This document shows positions 19,442-29,100 of a stretch of DNA of 64,000 nucleotides, in pieces. Numbering within the stretch: position 1 is the stretch's first letter; each line of letters opens with the position of its first letter. The notes under the pieces were generated by a model that did not search any database, was not told where the DNA came from, and saw only the letters and a list, made by a program, of their open reading frames with translations. Made by a program: the position numbers and the translations under genes. Source of the DNA: Fibrobacterota bacterium. Lineage in GTDB: Bacteria > Fibrobacterota > Fibrobacteria > UBA11236. Where the stretch lies: NCBI GenBank assembly GCA_043753995.1, contig JAYUVP010000249.1, forward strand, positions 32,001 to 96,000. Direction: 5' to 3'.

Positions 19442-21318
19442 TAGTAATTGCCTATTTCTTCGAGTTGCAACCGGTAGAGGCGTGCCGTGGTTTTGGCTGC
19501 TTTTACGATTTCATCGGCAAGCATTGGGGTCAAGGGTAAAAGTTTCATCGCCGTATGCATTTCTTCGAGGTGATGCTCGTCATTGTGACCGTGATAGAGA
19601 AGAAAGGACACCGCATCGGAACTCAGTTGAAGGGCCCTTTGGATTTTCTCGCCCCAAGCCTTGGCCAGGTTTTTTCCAAGTCCTTCGATGATAAAAACCG
19701 AGCCTAGCATGTGAAAAGGATTTTCCCTTCCGGCCTGGTGAAACATATAAGCGGAAAAGGCCTCGGATCCAATATTCTTGGGATGGGAAAGTATGTCCCC
19801 GCGTTCGCCCCCGGAGGCGACATAGTTGGCTTCGAGCATGCGGAAATCGCGGTGCTCATCCCAGGAATGCTTGAGATAGAGAGAGCGCAATTCAAAATGC
19901 TCCGTGGTGATATTCGAGGCCGCTTTGGAAATCCAGCGACTGCCCTCCATGACTTGCTGGCGCAGGTTGAGAAGCAATTCCCTGTAGTCGGATCGGGTTA
20001 AGTTTCCGGTCTCGATTTTGTGGATGAGGGATAACTTGCTTAGTCCCAATTCGAAATCCGACCACACCAGGAAGAGGCGACGGAAAAGGGAGGCCAGTAA
20101 ATCCTCGCCCGGCTGAAGCGGGATGTCGCTCGGAGTGGCGGATATTTCTTGTTGCGCCGGTAACAATGATTTTTTTTCCGTTGGCGATTCGCCGACTACG
20201 GTCAATAGCATAAAACTGGTGATAAAGCGACCGCTCTCGGGGACTTGGCAAAGGATTTTCTGCCCGGATTGAAGCCGTCCCGATTGCCATAGTTCTTCGA
20301 GCATGATCAACAGGGAGGCCGCGCCTGTATTGCCCTTGTGATATAGGTTGGTGAACCACTTATGCGCAGGAATGTCGGCCAGGCATTTCTGCAATAGGTC
20401 GACGATTTGATCCTTGAAGACATGCGAGGAATAGTGACAAAGAAACCAGTCGAAATCGGGTTTGAGCTTGCCCTCTTCGATAAGCGAGAGATAATGCGAC
20501 ACACCCAAGGGGACGATTTTGTCGAGCATGGCGAGATCTTGTCTTAGGGTAAACAGACCTTGCCGAACGGCGTCACCATAATTCGCCATTTCTCCCGTGG
20601 TAACCCGTATGCTTCCGTCTTCGGATTTTTCACCGCCGGCATACATGCAAACATCCAGGCTATCGGCATGTGATTTCAAGTCTATCCACTCGATACGGAG
20701 GGATAGGCCACTTTCCTTGGGCCGGTCTTGCAGAAGCGCGGCGCCCGCACCATCCGACAACATCCAGCGTAAAAATTCGGTGTCGAGCGGTATGCGCTTC
20801 TCATTCTGAAAGCTGTCTAGTTCTTCGAGTATCGGGGCCCGGAATTGACGGCTGGGAAATTCGCTGCCGCAAACCATGCCGGTCTTGTGCTTGCCGCAGG
20901 CAATGGCGTGATAGGCCCCTTGAAGCGCGGACATGACGCTCGCGCAAACACCTTGAAAAGAGGCGACATCGCAGCAGGCGATCTTGGCTTCGCCTTGCAC
21001 CATGCTCGAAAAGCCGGGTACGAAGAGATCGCCTTGGGTGGTGGCGGTGGCCAAATAGTCAATACCCTTGGCGTCGATGGAGGAGTCTTTGAGGGCGGCG
21101 TGAATGGCGAGGGAAGCCATTTGCGCATTGCGATGTGTGGGTTTGCCATTTTCGTCGAGAGCATAATGGCGGGTTTCGATGCGATTGAGTTTGAGCACTC
21201 GCTTTTTCGCGATCGATGGCTTTCCTCCCACGAGTCCGAGTCGCTTCTCGGCGGCTTCGGAGTCTAGCGCGGGTCCAGGAAGAAAGGCTCCGAGCGAAGT
21301 GATATAAACGGGTCGCAT
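19441..21318 (-). CDS. StlD/DarB-like beta-ketoacyl synthase III fused to a C-terminal heme-oxygenase-like (iron-containing redox) domain
   Basis: Catalytic C/H/N in GVCAS, CHYSS and KGNTGAAS, plus VPESGRF. After a linker (near 20100), a helical domain with KHSWDEH, IIEGLG and HGHNDEHH. Confidence 0.85.
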   Translation of the reverse strand: MRPVYITSLGAFLPGPALDSEAAEKRLGLVGGKPSIAKKRVLKLNRIETRHYALDENGKPTHRNAQMASLAIHAALKDSSIDAKGIDYLATATTQGDLFVPGFSSMVQGEAKIACCDVASFQGVCASVMSALQGAYHAIACGKHKTGMVCGSEFPSRQFRAPILEELDSFQNEKRIPLDTEFLRWMLSDGAGAALLQDRPKESGLSLRIEWIDLKSHADSLDVCMYAGGEKSEDGSIRVTTGEMANYGDAVRQGLFTLRQDLAMLDKIVPLGVSHYLSLIEEGKLKPDFDWFLCHYSSHVFKDQIVDLLQKCLADIPAHKWFTNLYHKGNTGAASLLIMLEELWQSGRLQSGQKILCQVPESGRFITSFMLLTVVGESPTEKKSLLPAQQEISATPSDIPLQPGEDLLASLFRRLFLVWSDFELGLSKLSLIHKIETGNLTRSDYRELLLNLRQQVMEGSRWISKAASNITTEHFELRSLYLKHSWDEHRDFRMLEANYVASGGERGDILSHPKNIGSEAFSAYMFHQAGRENPFHMLGSVFIIEGLGKNLAKAWGEKIQRALQLSSDAVSFLLYHGHNDEHHLEEMHTAMKLLPLTPMLADEIVKAAKTTARLYRLQLEEIGNY

Positions 21319-21332
21319 GAATGTCCTGAGGT

Positions 21333-22265
21333 TTAGACGGGCGAAGGGGAATGGGCAGGTGCAGGAGCTTGCAAGGAATCGGATCGGCGAAAATCGAAAG
21401 TTCGATAGCGGCGAACGAAATGCTGTAAGACGAAAATTTTCAAGAAGTAAAAGGCGAGACTAGGCTCATTCAATTGGGGATGGATCCAATGACGTAGGCG
21501 ATCGTGTTCCTTAGGCCATTGCGACCAATGCATGTTGATATTGCGGTGATGGACAAGATGATAACCGTGATTAAAGGTGATGCGGTTCAGCCAAACGCCG
21601 ACGAAATTTCGGCTGGAATCATAGGGGTGATGGGGGGCTGTGTGATGATGTTGAAAATAGCCGGTGCCTACCATGGCCAAAACGCCGAAGGCTTGCGGCA
21701 AGAGTAGGGCATAGGCGGTGGTCTTCGCGTCGATTCGCCAGAGATAAAGGGTCAAGGTAAGCCAAGCGGCGATTTGCAGCGACCAAAAAAGGCCGAGCCG
21801 AAATCCCGAGGTGTTCCGAGGTTTCGCCATCAAGGAAAGCCAATAAAGGAAGCTTGCCCGAAAGTAAACCCTGACTCCATGCGCGAGATAACGAAAGAAC
21901 TGCAAAAAATTATTGTGATGGGAATAACGGTAGGTGTAAGTGTAATCGTCGCTGCTGTTGGCATAACGGTGGTGATTGGCATTGTGCGTCGCTTTCCAGG
22001 CATAGCAGCCATCAAAGCGGTAGAGGGTGAAGAGGAATTCGATGGCGCGATTGGCCAACCTGGAGCGGAAAAAGGGCCAATGGCCGTGACAATGCTGAAT
22101 GCAGCCGACCACATAGGTGATTAAAGCGGTGAGCACCGAAAGCCACAGGCGCGGCCCTATCAGGAAGTGCCAAGTCACGAGTAGCGGATAAACAGCCAAG
22201 ACGCCAAGGCAGCGAAGGTCTTGTTTGTTTCTAAGGCCTAGAACGGAAGAAGACGCCTGCGGCAT
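21333..22265 (-). CDS. Membrane-bound fatty acid desaturase
   Basis: His boxes HCHGH, HNANHH, QHHH and HGYHLVHH, with TM segments. Confidence 0.88.
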   Translation of the reverse strand: MPQASSSVLGLRNKQDLRCLGVLAVYPLLVTWHFLIGPRLWLSVLTALITYVVGCIQHCHGHWPFFRSRLANRAIEFLFTLYRFDGCYAWKATHNANHHRYANSSDDYTYTYRYSHHNNFLQFFRYLAHGVRVYFRASFLYWLSLMAKPRNTSGFRLGLFWSLQIAAWLTLTLYLWRIDAKTTAYALLLPQAFGVLAMVGTGYFQHHHTAPHHPYDSSRNFVGVWLNRITFNHGYHLVHHRNINMHWSQWPKEHDRLRHWIHPQLNEPSLAFYFLKIFVLQHFVRRYRTFDFRRSDSLQAPAPAHSPSPV

Positions 22266-22268
22266 GAC

Positions 22269-23033
22269 TTATTCCGCCGGGCTATGCGCGCGACGACGGT
22301 AGCCCGAGGCCAGCCAGCGGTCAAGCCAGGGCGTCCAGAAGCCGAAATTGCGTGTCGCCTTGCGGTGGTGGGTGCCATGGCGCCAATTGTTTTCCAGAAA
22401 ACTCGCGCCTTGAGTGTGGGTTGGCCAGGAGAAATTGGCATGCCCGAAAGTATTGGCAGTCATGCTGATAGCCGGCCAAAGCATGATGGCGAGGATGTCG
22501 AAGTCATGCACAAGCATGATGAGAATCATGGTTCCGCTATAGAGTAAGGCCTCGAACCAGTGAAAGCTAAGGCTACTGAAAGGCGTAGTGGTCACGCTGT
22601 AATGATGCACGGAATGCACACGACGAAAAAGGAAAGGTCTATGCAATAACCAATGGCAGGAAAAGAAATAAAGCTCATTCCAAGCGGCGAAGAGAAGCAA
22701 GTCGCCGAGTGCGCGTACTAGGGAAAAGTCTTTCCATAAAATGGTGAGCATTCCATGCTCTTCCAATTTGAGCGCTAAAACCGCGAAGAAACTGAGAAAA
22801 AGCATGGCACTCATGGACTTCCGAATTTCATGGCCTATTTGACCCGCCTTGATTGGGCGGTTGTCGATATAAAATCCCAGTTTCCGTTTGATCAGAACGT
22901 CACGAATGAAAAGGAAAGATATGGCGGACAAGGAAAAATAAGCCACCAAAAAACCCGCAATATGCCAGGCATAGTATTCGGGCCAACTCAGACTATGCGA
23001 CAGCGTTTGCAGGGCGCCGAAGTCGAGCATCAC
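22269..23033 (-). CDS. Sterol desaturase / fatty acid hydroxylase family protein
   Basis: His boxes HWLLH, HSVHH and HGTHH; TPFS..SFHWFEA; NFG. Alternative ATG at 23030. Confidence 0.9.
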   Translation of the reverse strand: MMLDFGALQTLSHSLSWPEYYAWHIAGFLVAYFSLSAISFLFIRDVLIKRKLGFYIDNRPIKAGQIGHEIRKSMSAMLFLSFFAVLALKLEEHGMLTILWKDFSLVRALGDLLLFAAWNELYFFSCHWLLHRPFLFRRVHSVHHYSVTTTPFSSLSFHWFEALLYSGTMILIMLVHDFDILAIMLWPAISMTANTFGHANFSWPTHTQGASFLENNWRHGTHHRKATRNFGFWTPWLDRWLASGYRRRAHSPAE

Positions 23034-23800
23034 GATTTCTCCAAGGGCTCGTCATAATTGAAGCGGGCCGAACGCGTCCGGAAAGTTTCGTCGAACCAGG
23101 GAAAGGCAAAACCGTAATTGCCCTTGATATGGGTGTGATGCAAGGTGTGTCGACGGCAAGAAGAGAAAAGATGATTCAAGGCGAGCTTGGGAAAAACGGC
23201 ATAATTCATATGGCCGATATTGTTCATGAAAAGACTCAAAGCCGGGAAGAGAATGATGGCTCCCATGCTCAGAGGCGCGAAGGCCATATAGGTCACCATG
23301 ACGCTGCTCAGCAAGACGGCTTCGAACCAGTGAAAGCTATAGGTCGAAAAGGGAGTGGGCACAACCGAAAGATGGTGATGCCGATGCACATGTCGGTAAA
23401 ACCAGGGTAGGTGCAAGAGATAATGCGAGGCATAGAAATGAACTTCATTCCATAAGGTGAGCAGAATGAGATCGAGGACTAGACGCCAGGGTGAATGAAT
23501 CCAATCGATGTGAATCAGGCCCAGCCGCTGCAAGCCCAAGGTCAATCCACCATAAGCGCCGAAGACGAGAATGGAGATTAAGGAAAGTCTCACTTCACGC
23601 GTGATTTGCCGGGGTGGAATGGGGCGTGAATCGATGACGCGGCCAATTTTGAAAGTCGGAAGGACTTTTTGGGTGAGCTGAAGCGTGATAAAAGCCAGGG
23701 CGAAGTAAATGAAAGCAAAACCGAGTGCAACTAAGGCGGCAATTTGCCAGAGCCTAAGTTCGAACATGAAATCGCGTAGTCCGATTTGCAAGGCCGTCAT
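23030..23800 (-). CDS. Sterol desaturase / fatty acid hydroxylase family protein (paralog of the neighbour)
   Basis: HYLLH, HRHHH and HTLHH; TPFSTYSFHWFEA; NYG. Confidence 0.9.
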   Translation of the reverse strand: MTALQIGLRDFMFELRLWQIAALVALGFAFIYFALAFITLQLTQKVLPTFKIGRVIDSRPIPPRQITREVRLSLISILVFGAYGGLTLGLQRLGLIHIDWIHSPWRLVLDLILLTLWNEVHFYASHYLLHLPWFYRHVHRHHHLSVVPTPFSTYSFHWFEAVLLSSVMVTYMAFAPLSMGAIILFPALSLFMNNIGHMNYAVFPKLALNHLFSSCRRHTLHHTHIKGNYGFAFPWFDETFRTRSARFNYDEPLEKS

Positions 23801-24039
23801 GCTGCGCTTTCTAGGCGAAGTATCACATCGCCAATGGTGGCGGCGGCCATCAATTCTTCCAAAGGGATTTCAGCCAGGCCGCTTTGATGCAGTTCATACT
23901 CCAATTCGAGAGCGCTTAAAGAGTCGAGCCCTAAATCCTTTTTCAAGGACATATCATGGCTCAGGGATTCGACTGGGCGATGGGAGACTCGGCTGATGGC
24001 TTGCATCACCTTGATTTCAATAGCAGGCATACGGGTCAA
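23797..24039 (-). CDS. Acyl carrier protein
   Basis: DLGLDSL phosphopantetheine motif, about 80 aa, acidic. Alternative ATG at 24030. Confidence 0.92.
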   Translation of the reverse strand: MTRMPAIEIKVMQAISRVSHRPVESLSHDMSLKKDLGLDSLSALELEYELHQSGLAEIPLEELMAAATIGDVILRLESAA

Positions 24040-25244
24040 TCTTGATGACGCGAAAAAAGGAGGGAAACATTATTCGAGCCGAAACCGAAAGAATTCTTGA
24101 GGATGTTTCGCAATGGCGCATGTTGATTCGCCGATTCAGTCGCTGTCATACCTTCCTGAAGGTGAAAGGCTTGCGGCAATTGCTGCTTCATCAAGGCTTG
24201 GACGCATAGAATGGATTCGAGGATACCACAAGCCCCAAGACTATGTCCGATTTGGTTTTTTGGAGCCACCACGAGCTTGCCGCCGAGTTCCTTGCCAAAT
24301 ACCGAATGCATGCCGAGATATTCGACTTCATCATTCTTCAGGGTACCGGTGCCATGCGCGCAAATGGCATCGATATCTTTGGCCTCTATTCCGGCGCAAG
24401 CTAAGGCTTTGTGCATGACGGCAATAATATCGCTCGCATCGGGCTTCGGTGCGACTGGATGATATGCACCTGAATTCTGTGCCACGCCGGAAAGCTTTGC
24501 CAAGATCGGTGCGCCACGCCTGCGCGCCGACTCTGGTGATTCAAGTATAAGGAAGCCAGCTCCCTCGGCGAGTATAAAGCCGTCGCGCTCCGGGTGAAAG
24601 GAGCGTCCCGGCTGCAGGGGATCGCGTTGGGCGCTGAGCACTTTCAATTGCTTATAAGCATGATAATTGAAGGGTGAAAGCGGGGCTTCTGCGCCGCCCA
24701 CCAAAGCGATGTCCCATTGCCCAGTAGCGATTTTCCAAAAGCCTTCAGCAAGGGCATTTGCGCTTGAGGAGCAGGCCGTAGAGATGCAGAGGTTCGGACC
24801 GGTAATGCCGGTTTGTTGGGCTATCCATGACCCCAGGGCACTGGGCATCACCTTGGGGACGGTGAAGGGATGTATCGCGCGCATGCCTTCTTGCAAGGCT
24901 TTGGCGATCATTTCTTCATGAAAGTCCAGACCACCGAGACCACTGCCCAGGCAAATGCCGATGCGATAGTCGGAAGTGTCGCCGGACAAGCCCGCTTGAT
25001 CCAAAGCCTCGCGGGCAGCGATGATACCTAAGTGTACGCAGCGAGCAGAGCGAGCGAGAATTTCGGGTGGTAGTCGCTTGGCGACATCGATATGGACCTT
25101 GCCAACCAAAACCGGATCGATAGCAAAACCGTCCTGAAATGAGAATTGGGCTTTGCCGGAAGACATTTCATCCCAAAAAGCATCTACTCCGCAGGCGCGG
25201 CCGACGAGCGCACCCAAGCCGGTGATGACAGGAAAGGTTACCAT
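24036..25244 (-). CDS. Beta-ketoacyl-ACP synthase II (FabF-like, cluster-dedicated)
   Basis: STACSSS, AHGTGT, IGHSLGA and NSFGFG. GAGGGG RBS precedes ATG 25244. Confidence 0.92.
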   Translation of the reverse strand: MVTFPVITGLGALVGRACGVDAFWDEMSSGKAQFSFQDGFAIDPVLVGKVHIDVAKRLPPEILARSARCVHLGIIAAREALDQAGLSGDTSDYRIGICLGSGLGGLDFHEEMIAKALQEGMRAIHPFTVPKVMPSALGSWIAQQTGITGPNLCISTACSSSANALAEGFWKIATGQWDIALVGGAEAPLSPFNYHAYKQLKVLSAQRDPLQPGRSFHPERDGFILAEGAGFLILESPESARRRGAPILAKLSGVAQNSGAYHPVAPKPDASDIIAVMHKALACAGIEAKDIDAICAHGTGTLKNDEVEYLGMHSVFGKELGGKLVVAPKNQIGHSLGACGILESILCVQALMKQQLPQAFHLQEGMTATESANQHAPLRNILKNSFGFGSNNVSLLFSRHQD

Positions 25245-25259
25245 CAACAACCCCTCAAA

Positions 25260-25841
25260 TCATTGCTCTTGCTCGGGCATATCGAATAAAAAACCGATCT
25301 GAAAAAACATCTCTAAGTTGGCTGACGCCCCACGCCTAACAAACGAGTTATTGTTCGATCCCATGGGAATAAAAATCTCGATAGCATTTCCGGCGGCCAT
25401 CTTAAAGTGACCCGCCTGAAAATGGAATTTGCCCCCTGGTGCAATGAGGGCGTCCTCGGATTTGAAGGAACCATAGTAGTCGCGCTCACGATAATACCGA
25501 TATCCGAATTCGATTTCAGGAGTAAAGCCCCAGCGGTAGCCCTGCCAAACGCTATAGCCAAAATAGATGGACGGGCTAAGGTATTTGCTTGTCTTCGACT
25601 GGGTCTGAATTTGAATCAAATTGATAATTCCCGGCTTTAAACCGAATTCAAAGCGATCCACATGTCTTTCCAAAAAAAGTTCGATGGGAAAAATGCCAAC
25701 CGTGCCTCCGCTATAGCTACGGTCAACCTGGGATTCTCCAGCGGAGGACAAAATGAAACCGACTTGATTATCATAGGCGCTTGCTCCAGAGTGAAACAAG
25801 GGCAAGGTGCTGAGCAGGAATAAAAACCGCGGTAGGAACAT
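25260..25841 (-). CDS. Secreted hypothetical protein, possible small outer-membrane beta-barrel
   Basis: Signal peptide (..GASA-Y), alternating aromatic/glycine beta strands and a near-terminal FQIGFLF. Confidence 0.55.
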   Translation of the reverse strand: MFLPRFLFLLSTLPLFHSGASAYDNQVGFILSSAGESQVDRSYSGGTVGIFPIELFLERHVDRFEFGLKPGIINLIQIQTQSKTSKYLSPSIYFGYSVWQGYRWGFTPEIEFGYRYYRERDYYGSFKSEDALIAPGGKFHFQAGHFKMAAGNAIEIFIPMGSNNNSFVRRGASANLEMFFQIGFLFDMPEQEQ

Positions 25842-25866
25842 GGGGTGCAAAGTAATATTCCCAATC

Positions 25867-26166
25867 ATGAGCCAGCCTTCGTCATCCCATGATTCTTGTC
25901 GCCAAAAGCCGGGTCTTTTCAAACCCATTGTCAATCATTCGCGCTGTGAAGGCAAAAGCGATTGCGTGGTGGTCTGTCCGGTGAATGTTTTCGAAGTGCG
26001 CCGCATCGAAGATTCTGATTTCGCGGCACTAGGCATACTGGCCAAGGTCAAAGTCATGGTCCATGGCAGAAAAACGGCCTATACGCCCCGCGCCGAGGCT
26101 TGCGAAGCCTGCGGCCTATGCGTCACGGCTTGTCCGGAAAAGGCGATTCGCCTGATGAAGGTTTAA
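25867..26166 (+). CDS. Ferredoxin (dicluster, probably 3Fe-4S plus 4Fe-4S)
   Basis: CEGKSDCVVVCP and CEACGLCVTACP. Confidence 0.9.
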   Translation: MSQPSSSHDSCRQKPGLFKPIVNHSRCEGKSDCVVVCPVNVFEVRRIEDSDFAALGILAKVKVMVHGRKTAYTPRAEACEACGLCVTACPEKAIRLMKV

Positions 26167-26172
26167 GCGGTT

Positions 26173-29100
26173 TTAATTCGGCGGGGTTCCCCATTTGAAC
26201 CAGGCATTCAAGGTGGCCAGTTCGGTGGGAGTGAGTTGCACACCCGAAGCGGGCATATATCCTGCGGATAGGAATGGACGATTGATGCGATCGTAAACCT
26301 TGCTTCGCGTCAAGGAGTCGGCGACAGTCGTGGAATCGCAAACCGCGGTGGCGTTCACCTTCCCGGGCCCGTGGCATGTCAGGCAGTAGGTGTTTAGAAC
26401 GGTGGAAACGCCGGAGTTAAAAGGCGGCAAAACCGTATTGCGAGCCAAGGCATGAATAGGCCCGTCCGTGGCGGTGGCCGTGATGGTTGTCGTGCCGGTG
26501 ATCATTTTCAAGACTTGAACTTGGGTGGAGCTCACCACTTTCAAAACCGCAGGATTGCTGCTGGTCAAGGCATAGGTCTTGAGCGTGGTGGAATCTGGCG
26601 CGAAAACCGCTGTGCTTTGCACCGTCGTTCCCACCACGAGCCGTGGCAGGGTTAGGGCGATTCCCGTAGCCACCACATTCCCCACGGTTACATTGAAATT
26701 CGCTGTTTTCGCCCCGTCGGTCGAAGTCACGCGCCATACCGAATTCCCCGCCGCTGTTCCCGATAATTGAGTTGTTCCTACCAGAGTGGCACCTGTACCT
26801 GACACCAAGGAAAGGGTATAGCCCTTATTTGTCGCCGATGACGGCGTCCAGGATAAAGTTGGCGCCTTGGTACTGCCAACAAAAAGGCTGAGGTTAGCCG
26901 CGCTCACGCTCTGCACCGGGACCGGGCCCACGACCACGGTGAAGGTGTCCTTGACCGTGGGATTTTGCACCGAAGTCGCGACAATCTTCACCGAGCCCAA
27001 TGCGGATGCCGTCACCTTGCCTCCGGGCAAAACCGTGACGCCCAAGCCCAAGGAGGTGAGGGTATAGCTCTTACTCGTCGCCTCCTCAGGAAAGGCGCCT
27101 ACCTGTGGAATCACGGTGTCGCCGACTTGAAAGGAAGTGTCTGCTCCGACCAAGCTGTCGACGGGCCACGGAATCACGGTCACTTTAAAGGACTTGGATT
27201 TCGCTCCTTCTTCGGTGGTCAATCCGACATTGGCCGATCCCACGTAGGCGCCATGAATTCGAATACCCGTGGGCGTGGTCACTGTGGTATCGAAGGAAAC
27301 CAAGCTATAGCCCTTATTGCTCGCATCCCCCGGCGCAAAAGTCACCTTGGGGAATTTCGTGTCGCCAAGCCTCACCGTGTCTTCCGCCACCGTCACGTTT
27401 TGCAAGGGGACGAAATGGGCATTGAGCCAGCCCAGTAAAATGCCCAGCTGGCTGGGAGTCAAGTCGCCTTCAGCCGGCATGCGATCCTTGTCGGTTTTCG
27501 CGAGTTGCAAGCGCCGTAGCGATTCCGCGCCCTTGATCAAGAAAACGCTGGAGTCTTGCAAGTTGAAAGTAATGGTGGGGCTATGGCATTTGCCGCATTT
27601 CTCGGTGGTGATGGGCTTAACATGCGCGTCGAATTGCGGCGTCACGGCCATAGCGGTGAAGGTGGCCGTCTTGTCTCCATCTTCGGCGCGCACCGTGATT
27701 TTTGCCGAGCCCAATACCCCGGCCACCAGGCGATTGCCGACCGGTTTGATGGCGGCGCTATTGTCGCTTTCCAAGGTGTAATTCTTATTGGTGGCGTCAT
27801 TCGGTAAGAAGACCACTCTGGGCGTGATGGTGTCGCCGAGGGCGATGGCGGTGTCCTTGGCAGAGAGGCTAAGCACCGTTTTCACATTGCGGCCCAACCA
27901 GAGCAGCATCAAATCGAGATCGCGCTTGTCCATGGTGGTGTCGGCAGGCATATGCGCCGTGTTTCCGAAAGGCAAGGACAATCGCGCGAGGGCCTTGCTT
28001 CCACGGCCGACGAGTACAGCCGAGTCCTGCAGATTGAAGGTAATGGTGGGGCTATGGCATTTGCCACACCACTTCTTGGAAATGGGTTGTATATCGGCAA
28101 AGGTTGGGCCTCGTACGGTCACCGTAAAGGTGTCCTTTGCTCCGCCGGCAGTTGCGGTAACCGTCACCTGCGCCGAGCCTTCGGCGCGCAAGGCGAGGCG
28201 CTTGCCGACGACACGGACTCGGGTGGTATCATCGCTTGCTATTTCAAATTCGCGCTCGGTGGCATTGGAAGGCATGAAGACGATGTTCGGTGTAAGGGTG
28301 TCATAAAGCAAACCCGTGGTGTCCACCGCGTCCAGCGCAGTCGGGGCGATGCTCTTGTCGCTAATCGAGAATGAGAAGGTGGCCTTGGCGCTGCCACGGT
28401 TGGCCTGCACCGTCACCTGGGTGCTACCTGCGGCGAGAGCGACGAGGCGAAGCCCGCTCAGCACCTTGGCCTTGGTGGTGTCCGCTACGATCAATTGCAC
28501 GCCCTTGTCGGTGGCGCCGTCAGGCTCCAAGGTCGGCGTGACTGTCACGGTATCACCGGTTTTGGCGCCGAGATTCGATACCGAGATGGAGCTAAGCAAG
28601 ATCACCTTTTCGGTGATGGTCACTGAGAAAGACATACGGGCCGTGTCGCGATGGGCTCGCACTTCGATAGTGACCTTGCCCGTATCACGGCATAGCACGG
28701 CATGGCCGCGCGTTCCCGCGCGCAAGGTGTCGACGGCATGCAGGCTGTATTCCTTGTCGGCGGCGGTGTCGGGACGCACGGTCACCCGGGCATTCACCGT
28801 GTCTCCCGCCTGGCAGTCCAGATCTTCGGCTGTCAGTCGCGTGCGCGCCCTGTCTACCTGCGCCAAGCTGTCTTGATGCGCGACACTATCGGCGAGGATG
28901 ACGCTGTCCTTGCGGGCCTTGACGTCCACCACGGCGCTGTCGCGCTTCTGTCCTTTTTCGGCATAGTCGAAGCGCTTTTCAAAGGCCACGGCATTGTCTT
29001 TCAGCCCCGTGATGACGGCCGAAAAATTGGGCGACACGTTTTCGGGCAAATCGAATTGCACCGTGCTCTGGCCCGGCTTCAAAACAAAGGTTTTGCTGAA

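Noticed and set aside
18521..25244. Calling the cluster a standard dialkylresorcinol, aryl-polyene or sterol pathway
   Set aside because: No recognisable DarA cyclase, APE KS-CLF/dehydratase set or oxidosqualene cyclase; 'sterol desaturase' is only the family name.
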